NCBI RefSeq assembly: GCF_044704955.1
Contig: NC_091983.1
Coordinates: forward strand, 193,750,001 to 193,814,000
Length of the DNA: 64,000 bases
DNA from: Pristiophorus japonicus
Taxonomy: Eukaryota
Direction: 5' to 3'
Positions 12,896 through 26,179 of the stretch are shown in pieces (position 1 is the first letter of the stretch; every line of letters starts with the position of its first letter). The notes below the pieces were generated by a model that saw nothing but the letters and a program-made list of their open reading frames with translations, was not told the origin of the DNA and ran no database searches. The position numbers were made by a program, and so were the translations under genes.

Positions 12896-13078
12896 CTCAA
12901 TATGGTCTTTCGTAATAAGCCAAGGTCTGTGAGCAAGAATTTTATTAACTTCACTCAAGGTCTGAAGCTTCCGAGGGGCAGAATCTAATCCTGCGAGCCA
13001 CTTGGGATCCCCACCAACTTGGAGAAAGTCATTAACATGGAGATTTACAAGATATGAACACTGGTGTCGAGCTGCAGC
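12896..13078 (-). CDS. SESN1: Sestrin-1 exon, [28 protein letters not shown]...[16 protein letters not shown]
   Basis: tctcaacag acceptor, gtgagt donor, 183 nt. Contains the conserved redox Cys (RHQCSY). Confidence 0.97.
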
Positions 13079-13738
13079 CTGTTGAGAAACCAAAAGTTCA
13101 GATACTTAATGTTCCAAATCTCATCAAAAAGTGCAAATTTCAAATTATTCCATGAACAGTATTCATTGGTCATAACATGCTCTCATTTACATTTCTTTAC
13201 TGATGAAAAATGTACCTATTACATTTTCCCTTGCCATTCTAAAATAACAAAATTAGTTTTGGCAAAACTGAAACAGGCTGAAACTGGATATGAACGTGAT
13301 TATTCCATTGTAATCCAAGAAAATATAATATTCGGGCCTGCAGTGACATTTTTGCATCAAAATCCAAACTAAATTAAATTTTGTTTTCAAGTATTGGAGA
13401 ATTACATTAGTGTTTTTAATGAACAGGGAGGGTGGTACACCATCTAACAGAAAAATCTAAACACTGTACAAACTGCACCAATAGACCCCTCTTCTCTTAT
13501 CCTTTTTGTATGTCTTCATACATATAGAACCAAAATTTACCAAAACTATTTCAAGATGAAAGATACAAGTACTGTTAATATCGACATTTTTTTTTTACAG
13601 CTTAAAGATGTATAAACTACAATCTACTCAATATTTAGTTGCATAATTCAAATTTGCCAGATATAAATGACTGCCCAGTTTAAACTTGGGACTTTTTAAA
13701 GTGGTGAGGACTGCATTTCCAAAGACATCGTTCGTGCT

Positions 13739-15500
13739 GAACATAAGAAATAGGAGCAGGAGTAGGCCATTTGGACCTTCAAGACTGCTCCGCCAATTAA
13801 TAAGATCATGGCTGATCTGATCATGGACTCAGCTCCACTCCCTCATCTTTCAAAAATCTGTTTATCTCCACCTTAAATATATTCAATGACCCAGCCTCCA
13901 CAGCTCTGTGAGGCAGAGAATTCCACACATTTACAACCCTCAGAAGAAATTCCTCCTCATCTCAGTTCTAAATGGTGACTCCTTATTCTTCAACTATGCT
14001 GCCCCCACTCCCTGCAGCCACTTCTTTTATGACCCTAGGACGAAAGCCATCAGGTCCAGGGGACCTGTCCACCTTTAGTCCCATTATTTTACAGAGTACT
14101 TTTTCTTTAAGTGGTGGTGATTGGTTTAAGTTCCTCCCTCCCTATAGCTCCTTGATTATCTATTATTGGGATGTTTAGTGTCTTTTACCATGAAGACCTT
14201 TACAAAATATGTGTTCAAAGTCTCTGCCATTTACCTGTTCCCCATTTTTAATTCCCCAGTCTCATCCTCGAAGGGACCAACGTTTACTTTAGCCACTCTT
14301 TTCCTCCTTATATATCTGTAGATGCTCTTACTATCTGTTTTTATATTTCTTGCTAGTTTACTTTCATAATCTAGCTTCTCTATTTTTTTTTGTCGTCCTT
14401 TGCTGGTTTTTAAAAAATTTCCCAATCCTCTGGTCTTCCACTAATCTTGGCCACTTTGCATGCCATTGTTTTCAATTTGATACCATTCTTTACTTCCTTA
14501 GTTAGCCACGGATGGTTCTCCCTTCTCAAACTCTTTCCTTCTCACTGGAATATATTTTTGTTGAGAGTTATGAAATATCTCCTTAAATGTCTGCCACTGC
14601 TCATCAACCGTCTTACCCATTAATCTATTTTCCCAGTCCACTTTAGTCAACTCTGCCTTCATACCTTTGTAATGCCTTTAAGATCAGGACACTGGTTTGA
14701 GATTCAACTTTCTCACCCTTCAACTGAATTTGAAATTCAACCATACTATGATCACTCTTTCCTAGAGGATCCTATACTATGAGATAATTTATTAATCCTG
14801 TCTCATTACACAGTACCATATCCAAGATAGCCTGCTCCCTGGTTGGTTCTGCAACGTATTATGCAAGGAAACCATCCCGGATACACTGAACTCTTCCTCA
14901 TTTGATTTGTCCAATCAATATGAAGATTAAAATCACCAATGATTATTGCCGTTCCTTTATTACAAGCCTCCATTATTTCTTGATTTATACTTTGTCCAAC
15001 AGTGTTAGGGGGCCTGTAGATTACGCCCACCAGTGACTTCTTCCCTTTATTATTTCTTATCTCCATCCAACTGATTCTACATCTTGATTTGCAGAGCCAA
15101 TATCATTTCTCACTACTGCACTGATCTCATCCTTAAGTAACAGGGCTACCCCACCTCCTTTTCCTTTCTTCTCTCCTTCCGAATTGTCAGATACCCCTGA
15201 ATATTCAGTTCCCAGTCTTGGTCACCTTGCAACCACGTCTCTGTAATGGATATCAGATCATACCCATTTATATCTATTCGCGCCATCAACTCATCTATCT
15301 TGTTACGAATGCTGCATGCATTCAGATAAAGAGCTTTTAATTTCGTCTTTTTACCATTTGTCCCTGCTTTGACTCCACTTTCTGATGTACTCTTATTTTT
15401 ATACATTCCATCCCTTCCTGTTACACTCTGGTTATCATTTCCCACACCGCTACCCTACTCTATTGCCTTCTCCTTGCTCTGACTTTTTAAATTTCTGGCC
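13739..15500 (-). mobile_element. CR1 with the endonuclease region joined to the 3' end (RT deleted)
   Basis: LNACSIRNK and ITETWL at 15146-15445, with the tail at about 13741. The RT core is missing near 13990. Confidence 0.88.
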
Positions 15501-16500
15501 TGGCCTTTTTTAAAAAAAAATGATGTGCACTCAAGCAGAGTGTTAGCTTTCATCAATGAAATTTGCTCAGGTGGGAAGAAAGCTAAGCAGTGAATTGTCA
15601 TGATTTGCACCGCTGGTAAATGGCAATTGCAATGTCCTGCTTCTTACCCCAGTGTTTCTATGGTGTTGTTTCTCTGCCTATTAACAGAAAGAATAAGGCC
15701 TGGATGACAGGAACTCTTTTTGAGGAGTCACTAAATCACTTTAATCGTAGCATTGCAAGACAGGAAAGACACCTTGGTAGTTGACAAATGTGGAGCTCAT
15801 GTTAAGTGCTTGTGTCTAGAGCTGAATCTATTACCAACTGCTCTTGGCGCGTTAAATTCATTCCACCAGCAAAGCAAGTAGCTGTATCTGACACAGTTGA
15901 ACATTCCACAAGGGCATCGATGGCCCACTCTGAGGCAGCCAAACCTGTGCTTGTGTGTAAGTGAGTTCTCTATTACGAATCCAGTGTGTGTGTTGGTAAG
16001 GGAGTCCGGATATCTAGATAGTTACCCATAATGTAAATTGTTGATACTGTGCAAGAGGATGCTGCTGCTGGTGGGAGTGACAGCGAAGGAAACGCCAATG
16101 CAAGCAGATAGGGGTAAAAGAACCAGCCCCTACCAGGACCATGGCACCCAATTCTGAGAGATTACTGAGAAAGGGGCCGAAAATTAAGCCACATGTCCCA
16201 ATTAACTTTTTGCTTGGCTAAATACTTTGTGGCTGAATGTGTTGTTAGCAGAAAGTAAAACACAATCAGAGGATTTGGAAAAAAGCTCAACTTTGCAGTG
16301 TGCAGATTGTACAGTGTTCAAGTTTTGATCACATGCATGTCAACAGTTCCTTTGATGTTTTACGGTGTTGCTTTAGTATTCCTATTAGTGTTGTGCTGCT
16401 CTGTTGAATTGATCACTGAAATATTGGATAATCCCATTCTTTAAGCAAAAAAAAATTTGGAGCCAACAGTAGACTGTACAATGTTACAAAAGGGACTCAC

Positions 16501-16701
16501 CATTATTGCAATGTAGTGTCGATAATGATACGGCAAAGGACCATCCACCTGCATCAGATAGTGTTGGGTTTTGAGAAAACTGTCAAGGTACTGTGGGTGG
16601 AAACCCATCAACAAGGTGATGTTGTCCAGGCGACCCAAGGTTGCAAATGCTTCAATGAATAGTACACGTGTGTCTGCATCTTCTCTTCCTAATTGGAGGA
16701 T
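16501..16701 (-). CDS. SESN1: Sestrin-1 exon, ILQLGRED...[45 protein letters not shown]
   Basis: tttttacag acceptor, gtgagt donor, 201 nt, phase 0/0. Strong similarity to SESN1 as recalled. Confidence 0.96.
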
Positions 16702-17006
16702 CTGTAAAAATATTTAGTTTTCACCTCCTGTAGTAACACTGACCACGGTAACAGTATGGTAGCTGCCTCTATGCACATCTGCAATAGTGCAGGTCAACCA
16801 GAGACCAATTTCATTTACATGAGTTTTGACACCTTTGATATTAGTTTGGGAGAGAATTTGGCTGAAATCATTTCCTCTCAACATACAAATATGTTCTTAT
16901 GTTACACTTTACAAAATATATAAGCGATGCCTCATACAGGAGTGGATGTTTACTTTGAAATGATCACTGTATGTCTACGATTATTCATAAGTAGAGAAAC
17001 TATAAT

Positions 17007-17875
17007 GGGCTCAATTTTCCCCAGTTATCATGCCATTTTTTGGGCCTAAATTAAAATATCCAAGTTTCCCCAAAGATTGTGCGCTAGCATAACTTAGTTA
17101 GTTATGATTTTTTTTAGGTTAGCTTTTTTTTTTGCGTCATTGGGGGCGTAACCTGCCACCGGCGTCAATTCTGGCCATTTAAGCAAGTTTGGCCAGCTCT
17201 GATTTTTCTTAGGACGGCGTAAGTAACCGCTCTGGAAAAACCTTCTGGGCAGTTAAGAAAATCGGCGCGGGCAAGAACATCAGCGCAGCAGATGCAGTTC
17301 CACGGCCTGGACATCAGCAGTAGCAGAGGGGGAACTGGGAGACGTTTCGGCCAGGGTTAGGAGCGGCAACAACAGGGAGGGAAGCCTTTCGGCCAGAGTT
17401 AGGAGTGGCACGAGGAGGGAGGCCCTTTGGCCAGGGCTAGCAGCGGTAACTGGCATCAGGAGGGGGAGGCCCTTCGGTCAGGGCTAGCAGCGGCAACCGG
17501 CACCCGGAAGCCTTTCGGCCGGGGTTAAGAGCGGCACCCTGAGGTGGGGGCGCAGGTGGGGATAGACTTTTGGCATAAACACTTAATTTAATGTTGGAAT
17601 GCTGCTGCAATGTGCAAGTGCAGGTTGCTGTGAGCTGGTCAGAATGTGTTGCATGTTTCACTTTCCAGCCTCAGCTCGCAGTGTGTCCCTCGTTACCTTG
17701 GCAACCAATCTTTTTGGTGCAGATTTTAGGCTCCACCCCCAAAGCTAAAGGACAGGGTAGGCGGTGCAAAAATGAACAATTAGAACAGGGAAAGTTGGAT
17801 GATTTTTTTTTTTGCCGTTGTTGGGCCCAACTCTTCCAAGTATGGCAAAAAACAGCTTTGGGGAAAATTAAGCCC
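17007..17875. mobile_element. Non-autonomous TIR DNA transposon (Harbinger-like MITE)
   Basis: TIRs gggctcaattttcccca / tggggaaaattaagccc (16/17), 3-bp TSD AAT, and internal ~45-bp GC-rich tandem units at about 17335-17540. Confidence 0.85.
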
Positions 17876-18309
17876 AATAAAACAGCCAAGTCTGTAACCA
17901 ATTTATTCACCTTTCCAATTGGAGATGAATACTCCAAAATATTGCAAACTGCGTTTTTCAGGCCAAAATGATTACTTCTGGCTGTCTCTTTTAAAGTTAC
18001 AATGCCTCAATTCTTTTCCTGTTTAGTCTTTTATTAAGACGGATTCTATTTTGCAAAGAGAAATTTCTGCAAATTTCCAGCTCAAATTTAAATTGATAAG
18101 TAGTTTGTGCATTTACAAGTTAAATCTGCTCTTTTAAGTTTCTGTGCCAATTCCACACACTGCCACAAATGCTAAAACCACACAAACTCTGCCTGCCCCT
18201 TATCCCCACCGAATCATGGAGAAAAATAGATTTTAAATGTACCATATGTGGGACAGTAGGACAGAACATTTTCACAGCCTCCCAGAGGAAGGATAAATAA
18301 AAAGACTGT

Positions 18310-21300
18310 GGGCCCAATTTTGGCCATGAATTGCATCAATTTTTTTTGGAGTAAGTTGTTTTTTCTGGCGTAAGTTAAAAAAATGCCATTTTCCCCAAAA
18401 AATTTGCCCCAGAGTAAATCAGTTAGGTACGATTTTTTTTCGTTCAGTTTTTTTTTTAAAAAGGGGGCGTTTCCAGACACTTATGCCAGTTTTGGCCATT
18501 AATGCCACTTTGGCAAGCAAAAACTTACTCCAAATCGACTTAGGTCAGGTCAGCGTATGTGGCCAGTTCTGAAAAACACTGCGGGCAGTTAAGAAATCGG
18601 CGCAGATCAGTAAGTAAGGACCTGCACCCAAGCACCAAACATTCCAAATCAAAGTTAAAATAACTAAATAAAAATAAAGAACTCAGGTAAACAATTGATT
18701 AACAATTAAATATTTGAAGTAAATCCTACCTTGGGCCGGGGAAGGCAGCGGGCCGGCTTGGACGGGAGGCCATTCGGCGTGGGATAGGGGTGGCCAGCAA
18801 AAAGGCATTGGGAGGCTGGGGGGGTGGGGGGGGGGGGGGAGGGAGGGAGAGGGAGGGAGAGGAAAGGCAGGGCTCCACGGCATCCGGGGGGGGGGGGTGT
18901 GGGGAAAGACAGGAAGAGGAAAGGCTGGCCGACAGCATCGGGAGGGAGAGGAAAGGCAGGGCTCGACGGTATCGGGAGGGAGAGGAAAGGCTGGGCTCGA
19001 CAACATCTCGGGTAGGGTTCTGGCACCCTGGGCTGTGCACTCAGACGCGGGCGACCATTCGGTCACGACTAGGGGCTGTAAACATCGGGTTCTGCTGACA
19101 GCTTGCACGCAGACACTCCACTGCGCATGTGGACAGCTCCAGCAGGGTTTTCAGTGCAGGACTGTAGCTCGGCCCCCCCACCGCCCCACCAGGACATAGA
19201 AACATAGAAAATAGGTGCAGGAGTAGGCCTTTCGGCCCTTCTAGCCTGCACCACCATTCAATGAGTTCATGGCTGAACATTCAACTTCAGTACCCCATTC
19301 CTGCTTTCTCGCCATACCCCTTGATCCCCCTAGTAGTAAGGACCTCATCTAACTCCTTTTTGAATATATTTAGTGAATTGGCCTCGACAACTTTCTGTGG
19401 TAGAGAATTCCACAGGTTCACCACTCTCTGGGTGAAGAAGTTCCTCCGCATCTCGGTCCTAAATGGCTTACCCCTTATCCTTAGACTGTGACCTCTGGTT
19501 CTGGACTTCCCCAACATTGGGAACATTCTTCCTGCATCTAACCTGTCTAAACCCATCAGAATTTTAAATGTTTCTATGAGGTCCCCTCTCATTCTTCTGA
19601 ACTCCAGTGAATACAAGCCCAGTTGATCCAGTCTTTCTTGATAGGTCAGTCCCGCCATCCCGGGAATCAGTCTGGTGAACCTTCGCTACACTCCCTCAAT
19701 AGCAAGAATGTCCTTCCTCAGGTTAGGAGACCAAAACTGTACACAATACTCCAGGTGTGGCCTCACCAATGCCCTGTACAACTGTAGCAACACCTCCCTG
19801 CCCCGGTACTCAAATCCCCTTGCTATGAAGGCCAACATGCCATTTGCTTTCTTAACCGCCTGCTGCACCTGCATGCCAACCTTCAATGACTGATGTACCA
19901 TGACACCCAGGTCTCTTTGCACCTCCCCTTTTCCTAATCTGTCACCATTCAGATAATAGTCTGTCTCTCTGTTTTTACCACCAAAGTGGATAACCTCACA
20001 TTTATCCACATTATACTTCATCTGCCATGCATTTGCCCACTCACCTAACCTATCCAAGTCGCTCTGCAGCCTCACAGCATCCTCCTCGCAGCTCACACTG
20101 CCACCCAACTTAGTGTCATCCGCAAATTTGGAGATACTACATTTAATCCCCTCATCTAAATCATTAATGTACAGTGTAAACAGCTGGGGCACCAGCACAG
20201 AACCTTGCGGTACCCCACTAGTCACTGCCTGCCATTCTGAAAAGTACCCATTTACTCCTACTCTTTGCTTCCTGTCTGACAACCAGTTCTCAATCCATGT
20301 CAGTACACTACCCCCAATCCCATGTGCTCTAACTTTGCACATCAATCTCTTGTGTGGGACCTTGTCGAACGCCTTCTGAAAGTCCAAATATACCACATCA
20401 ACTGGTTCTCCCTTATCCACTCTACTGGAAACATCCTCAAAAAATTCCAGAAGATTTGTCAAGCATGATTTCCCTTTCACAAATCCATGCTGACTTGGAC
20501 CTATCATGTCACCTCTTTCCAAATGCACTGCTATGACATCCTTAATAATTGATTCCATCATTTTACCCACTACCGATGTCAGGCTGACCGGTCTATAATT
20601 CCCTGTTTTCTCTCTCCCTCCTTTTTTAAAAGGTGGGGTTACATTGGCTACCCTCCACTCCATAGGAACTGATCCAGAGTCAATGGAATGTTGGAAAATG
20701 ACTGTCAACGCATCCACTATTTCCAAGGCCACCTCCTTAAGTACTCTGGGATGCAGTCCATCAGGCCCTGGGGATTTATCGGCCTTCAATCCCATCAATT
20801 TCCCCAACACAATTTCCCGGCTAATAAGGATTTCCCTCAGTTCCTCCTCCTTACTAGACCCCCCGACCCCTTTTATAACCGGAAGGTTGTTTGTGTCCTC
20901 CTTCGTGAATACCGAACCAAAGTACTTGTTCAATTGGTCCGCCATTTCTTTGTTCCCCGTTATGACTTCCCCTGATTCTGATTGCAGGGGACCTACGTTT
21001 GTCTTTACTAACCTTTTTCTCTTTACATATCTATAGAAACTTTTGCAATCCGTCTTAATGTTCCCTGCAAGCTTCTTCTCATACTCCATTTTCCCTGCCC
21101 TAATCAAACCCTTTGTCCTCCTCTGTTGACTTCTAAATTTCTCCCAGTCCCCAGGTTCGCTGCTATTTCTGGCCAATTTGTATGCCACTTCCTTGGCTTT
21201 AATACTATCCCTGATTTCCCTTGATAGCCACAGTTGAGCCACCTTCCCTTTTTTATTTTTATGCCAGACAGGAATGTACAATTGTTGTAGTTCATCCATG

Positions 21301-23107
21301 CGGTCTCTAAATGTCTGCCATTGCCCATCCACAGTCAACCCCTTAAGTATAATTCGCCAATCCATCCCAGCCAATTCACGCCTCATACCTTCAAAGTTAG
21401 CCTTCTTTAAGTTCTGGACCATGGTCTCTGAATTAACTGTTTCATTCTCCATCCCAATGCAGAATTCCACCATATTATGGTCACTCTTCCCCAAGGGGCC
21501 TCGCACAACGAGATTGCTAATTAATCCTCTCTCATTACATAACACCCAGTCTAAGATGGCCTCCCCCCGAGTTGGTTCCTCGACATATTGGTCTAAAAAA
21601 CCATCCCTTATGCACTCCAGAAAATCCTCCTCCACCGTATTGCTTCCAGTTTGGTTAGCCCAATCTATGTGCATATTAAAGTCACCCATTATAACTGCTG
21701 CACCTTTATTGCACGCACCCCTAATTTCCTGTTTGATGCCCTCCCCAACATCACTACTACTGTTTGGAGGTCTGTACACAACTCCCACTAATGTTTTTTG
21801 CCCTTTGGTGTTCTGCAGCTCTACCCATATAGATTCCACATCATCCAAGCTAATGTCCTTCCTAACTATTGCCTTAATCTCCTCCTTAACCAGCAATGCT
21901 ACCCCACCTCCTTTTCCTTTTATTCTATCCTTCCTGAATGTTGAATACCCCTGGATGTTAAGTTCCCAGCCCTGATCATCCTGGAGCCACGTCTCCGTAA
22001 TCCCAATCACATCATATTTGTTAACATCTATGTGCACAGTTAATTCATCCACCTTATTGCGGATACTCCTTGCATTAAGACACAAAGCCTTTAGGCTTGT
22101 TTTTTTAACACCCTCTGTCCTTTTAGAATTTTGCTGTACAATGGCCCTTTTTGTTCTTTGCCTTGGGTTTCTCTGCCCTCCACTTTTACTCATCTCCTTT
22201 CTGTCTTTTGTTTTTGCCTCCTTTTTGTCTCCCTCTGTCTCCCTGCATTGGTTCCCATCCCCCTGCCATATTAGTTTAACTCCTCCCCAACAGCACTAGC
22301 AAACACTCCCCCGAGGACATTGGTTCCGATTCTGCCCAGGTGCAGACCGTCCGGATTGTACTGGTCCCACCTCCCCCAGAACCGGTTCCAATGCCCCAGG
22401 AATTTGAATCCCTCCCTGCTGCACCATTGCTCAAGCCACGTATTCATCTGAGCTATCCTGCGATTCCTACTCTGACTAGCACGTGGCACTGGTAGCAATC
22501 CCGAGATTACTACTTTTGAGGTCCTTTTTAATTTAGCTCCTAGCTCCTTAAATTCATTTCGTAGGAACTCATCCCTTTTTTTACCTATGTCATTGGTACC
22601 AACGTGCACCACGACAACTGGCTGTTCTCCCTCCCTTTTTAGAATGTCCTGCAGCCGCTCCGAGACATCCTTGACCCTTGCACCAGGGAGGCAACATACC
22701 ATCCTGGAGTCTCGGTTGCGGCCGCAGAAACGCCTATCTATTCCCCTTACAATTGAATCCCCTATCACTATCGCTCGCCCACTCTTTTTCCTGCCCTCCT
22801 GTGCAACAGAGCCAGCCACGGTGCCATGAACTTGGCTGCTGCTGCCCGCTCCTGATGAGTCATCCCCCTCAACAGCACTCAAAGCAGTGTATCTGTTTTG
22901 CAGTGGGATGACCACAGGGGACCCCTGCACTACCTTCCTTGCACTACTCTTCCTGCTGGTCTTCCATTCCCTCGCTGGCTGTGGACCCGGGACACTCGGC
23001 AGAGGGGCCAGGATACTAAAAGTTTTTTGGAGCCCTTTCCAGCGCACAAAGTCGGCGCATAAAGGGTCAGTGCGCCAAAAAAAAACGGGTTGGCCAAAAT
23101 TGGACCC
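18310..23107. mobile_element. Related MITE split by a CR1 insertion
   Basis: TIRs gggcccaattttggcca / tggccaaaattggaccc, flanks TGT/CGT. Shares the gggcagttaagaa..tcggcgc block with the 17007 element. ~37-bp repeats at about 18850-19010. Confidence 0.82.
19195..22988 (-). mobile_element. Young, nearly intact 5'-truncated CR1 (SGNH-esterase ORF1 and APE-RT ORF2)
   Basis: 258-aa ORF covering the esterase (GDS, GTND, DGLH). 835-aa ORF2 ending at TAG 19686-19688 and resuming in frame to 19287. (catagaaa)n tail. Confidence 0.97.
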
Positions 23108-23336
23108 CGTAGATTTAAATAGTCAAGACGTTCAAGTAATTAACTATAGGGCTATTACAGTTCATTCTGTAAAGACGTCTTGCCAAGATTAAGCATTACT
23201 GCAGTGCATACTTTCAAACCTCCCATGCATTTAACACCACTGGGAATACCAGACTGAGTGCATTGAGGGAATTTTAAGTTAAAAGCATTTGAGTTGAATA
23301 AGTGGAGACTCATATGCCAGATAGAAACATACATAC

Positions 23337-23402
23337 TTCTTTTTCAGAGATGAATTCACTTGGTCCTTGCCCCAAAGGCCTGGGGATTCTCACTCCCATT
23401 TC
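23337..23402 (-). CDS. SESN1: Sestrin-1 exon, [22 protein letters not shown]
   Basis: ctttacag acceptor, gtatgt donor, 66 nt. Matches the sestrin [11 protein letters not shown] motif. Confidence 0.95.
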
Positions 23403-23568
23403 CTGTAAAGAAAGATTACAGTATTTATATCTAACTCGGCAAAAAACTGTACAATGCAATTTACAGTTGCTAATTCTAGTAAAGGTTAGTTAATGATAGA
23501 GCAACAATAATTTGTCCTAAATTTATCCATTTACCGAGGCCACCAGAAAACAGGTTAGTACAAACAAT

Positions 23569-24328
23569 GGGCCTGAAATTCCGATTGAGGTCTTCCCACG
23601 GGCAAACGAGTGAAAAAGGGAAAAAAGATGCGCACTTACCTGTTGCTGCTACGCCCGCTCAAGCTTCCGAGCCGGAGGCCTTTACTCCTATGCATCGGAG
23701 CGCATGCACGTCAGAACATGCGTAGGGCTGGAGCTGTAGTCACATGGCTCTGGGCAGCCAATCAGATATAGTGCGTTCTCATTCATAATAATGGGAACTC
23801 CGTAAGTTGGAGTTCCCATTATTATGAATGGGAAACAACCCCCAAACACACAAAGAACTAATAAAAAATAGAAAAATACACTACATATTTAAGAATCATT
23901 TAAATTAAAGATCTTATAAAAAAATATATTTTCACGACTTTTTTTTTAAAAAGATGCCTTAAAATAAACTTACTGTAGTGGGGAGGGTTTTTAAACAATA
24001 AAATATGTTTTCATGTGTTAATTTAATTCAATTTTAATGTAGATGTATGTTTTTAAACACTTGCGCCTGTAAAAGGCTATACGCCTGCTTTTTCAGGCGC
24101 AAGATTTTTGAGGACATTGCTGGGCAAGATATTCGTAAATATCGGAAATCTTGCTCTGCAAGTGTCCTCGCTCCTGATATGCGCGGGATCTGTCAAGCCA
24201 GAAACTTGACAGATCGGAAGCGCCGGTTTTCAGTGCAAACGCATTGCGCGCTGAAAACCGGCTTTTCCGATGCCATCCCGGGTCTGTAGAAACTTTGCAC
24301 GGACCCGGGACATCGGAATTTCAGGGCT
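23569..24328. mobile_element. MITE with GGG termini and internal hairpins
   Basis: TIRs gggcctgaaattccgat / atcggaatttcagggct, flanks AAT/ATT. Perfect 22-bp stem at 23780-23830. Confidence 0.82.
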
Positions 24329-25789
24329 ATTATCAAAAATACAGATTAGTGACATCAGTTTGTTTTTGATAAATCCACAATCTAACTGAAAAGAACATTG
24401 GACAAGCTGCAGGCTGATCGGTCTTTAAAACCACTTGGCCCACTGCCTAGAACACATTGTTCAAGCAGTTTCCAAGCACGAGATTAAAACCCACTCAAGC
24501 AAGGCAATTTCACAGTAGCTTTTCTACAATTCACCACAAAAAAGAGGACATAAACAAATCTCTATAAATACAAAGCTATACTGAAGTTTATTTAAATGAG
24601 ATTGCACATTTTTTTTTTAAACTTGCTATTCTCCACTGTGGCACTGCTCCAATATATTAGTTGGCCTGGTGCCGAGAACATACAGTTCTGCAACTTCAGC
24701 ATCAACAACCCAAGCTAGTTTGAGACAGCCTTGTTTTGTTTCTCCTTCTCGATATTTAAGATGATCGGTTGAGATACTGTACATCCGTTAAGAAATTATA
24801 ATTACTCAAAAATATGCCAAGTAGTTCAACATCTGTCAACTGTAACAAGTTACTTCAGCACAAGATTTGAGCAAAACCTTGATGCACCTGTAACCACTAC
24901 ACAATAGCGAAGTGCTGGAAAACGGAGGCAATACTTTGTTTCAACTGCAGAGTAACAATTTGTATCATTTACAAAGTAGAACTTTGCATGCCCTGCAACA
25001 CACAAAGGTTTACATATTTGTTAGCGCAAAAGCCTAACAACTTGGTATGCAGAAAATATTAAGTCACTTCATGGTTTAAGTTCACCTGTTTTAAATAGTG
25101 TGAATTTGTGAAGGTTAGTTGGTACCAGTGATAGATAAACGGCAGGGATTTGGGATTAAAAAGATAACAGCTGCCATGATGACCAGAAATGACAAAACAG
25201 GCTAGATGAGCTGAGCGGTCCACTTGTTTCTATAAATACAATCTTTTACAAAGAAATATAAAGAATAGTCTTGCGTTTAATCCCATCTTCCCAGAAAGGT
25301 GGACAGCTACAATAGTAACTTTCTGGCTAGATAGAATACACACACACACACACACACTTGAAAAGGAAAAATTTGCTGAGCTATAGGGAACGAACAGGGG
25401 AGTGGGACTAATTGGACAGCTCTTTCGAAGAGCTGGCACATGCACAATGGGCCGTATGGCCTCTTTCTATGCTGTACGATTCTATGATAGCTCCTTCCTT
25501 GTCTCGGCATCTATTTTTGTCTGATTATGCCTCTGATGAAGTGCCTGGAGACATTTTGCTTTGTTAAAGATGGTTTATAAAATCAACATCAACTTAAATT
25601 TGTAGACACACTCCACCTCCATTGTCTCTTTGGGGTGCGTGCTCTGCATTCACCATCCCTTTTGTGAAATAGTTACAATTAAAGCATTTCCTTCATCTCT
25701 CCCGAGCTTCAATCTAGTCTCCTTGGTTATGGAAATTGTGGTTATGTTGAACAATTTGGTGTGTATTTATTCTGTAATGGCGTGTAGTT

Positions 25790-26030
25790 TAGGGAAAAGG
25801 TGCGTTGATACATTGCCATACTAATTCATCCTTTTAACTGAAGGGTTGCTAATTTTTAGATCCTGTGTTGTGAAATTTTCAAAACTAAGAGTGACAGATT
25901 TTTATTATTAGGTAAGTGTATCAACAGATATGGATTAAAGGCGAGTAAATGGAGTTAAGATACAGATCAACCATGATCTAACTGAATGGCAGAACAGGCT
26001 AGAGAGGCTGAATGGCCTACTCTTTCTATA
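25790..26030 (+). mobile_element. Old CR1 3' fragment
   Basis: aaatggagttaagatacagatcaaccatgatc...gctgaatggcctactc resembles CR1 3'UTR. Confidence 0.7.
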
Positions 26031-26179
26031 TGCTGCAAGGCTATTTGTGTGTGAATGACTGCAAGATCTCAATTACCTTTACTATATCCTGTTTCTGTTA
26101 TTTATGAACAAACTGATGTTACCCTCAGCCTATCTACATATTAATTTAATAACATTTGTTTCATAACTGCACTTGTAAG

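Noticed and set aside
18683-19199. Overlapping Pro/Gly-rich ORFs
   Set aside because: They arise from the GC-rich minisatellite within a MITE.
20113-22299. Long plus-strand ORFs (e.g. 21274-21975, 233 aa) and similar ORFs at 10513, 11439 and 47089
   Set aside because: They are antisense shadows of CR1 ORF2 with no independent protein features.
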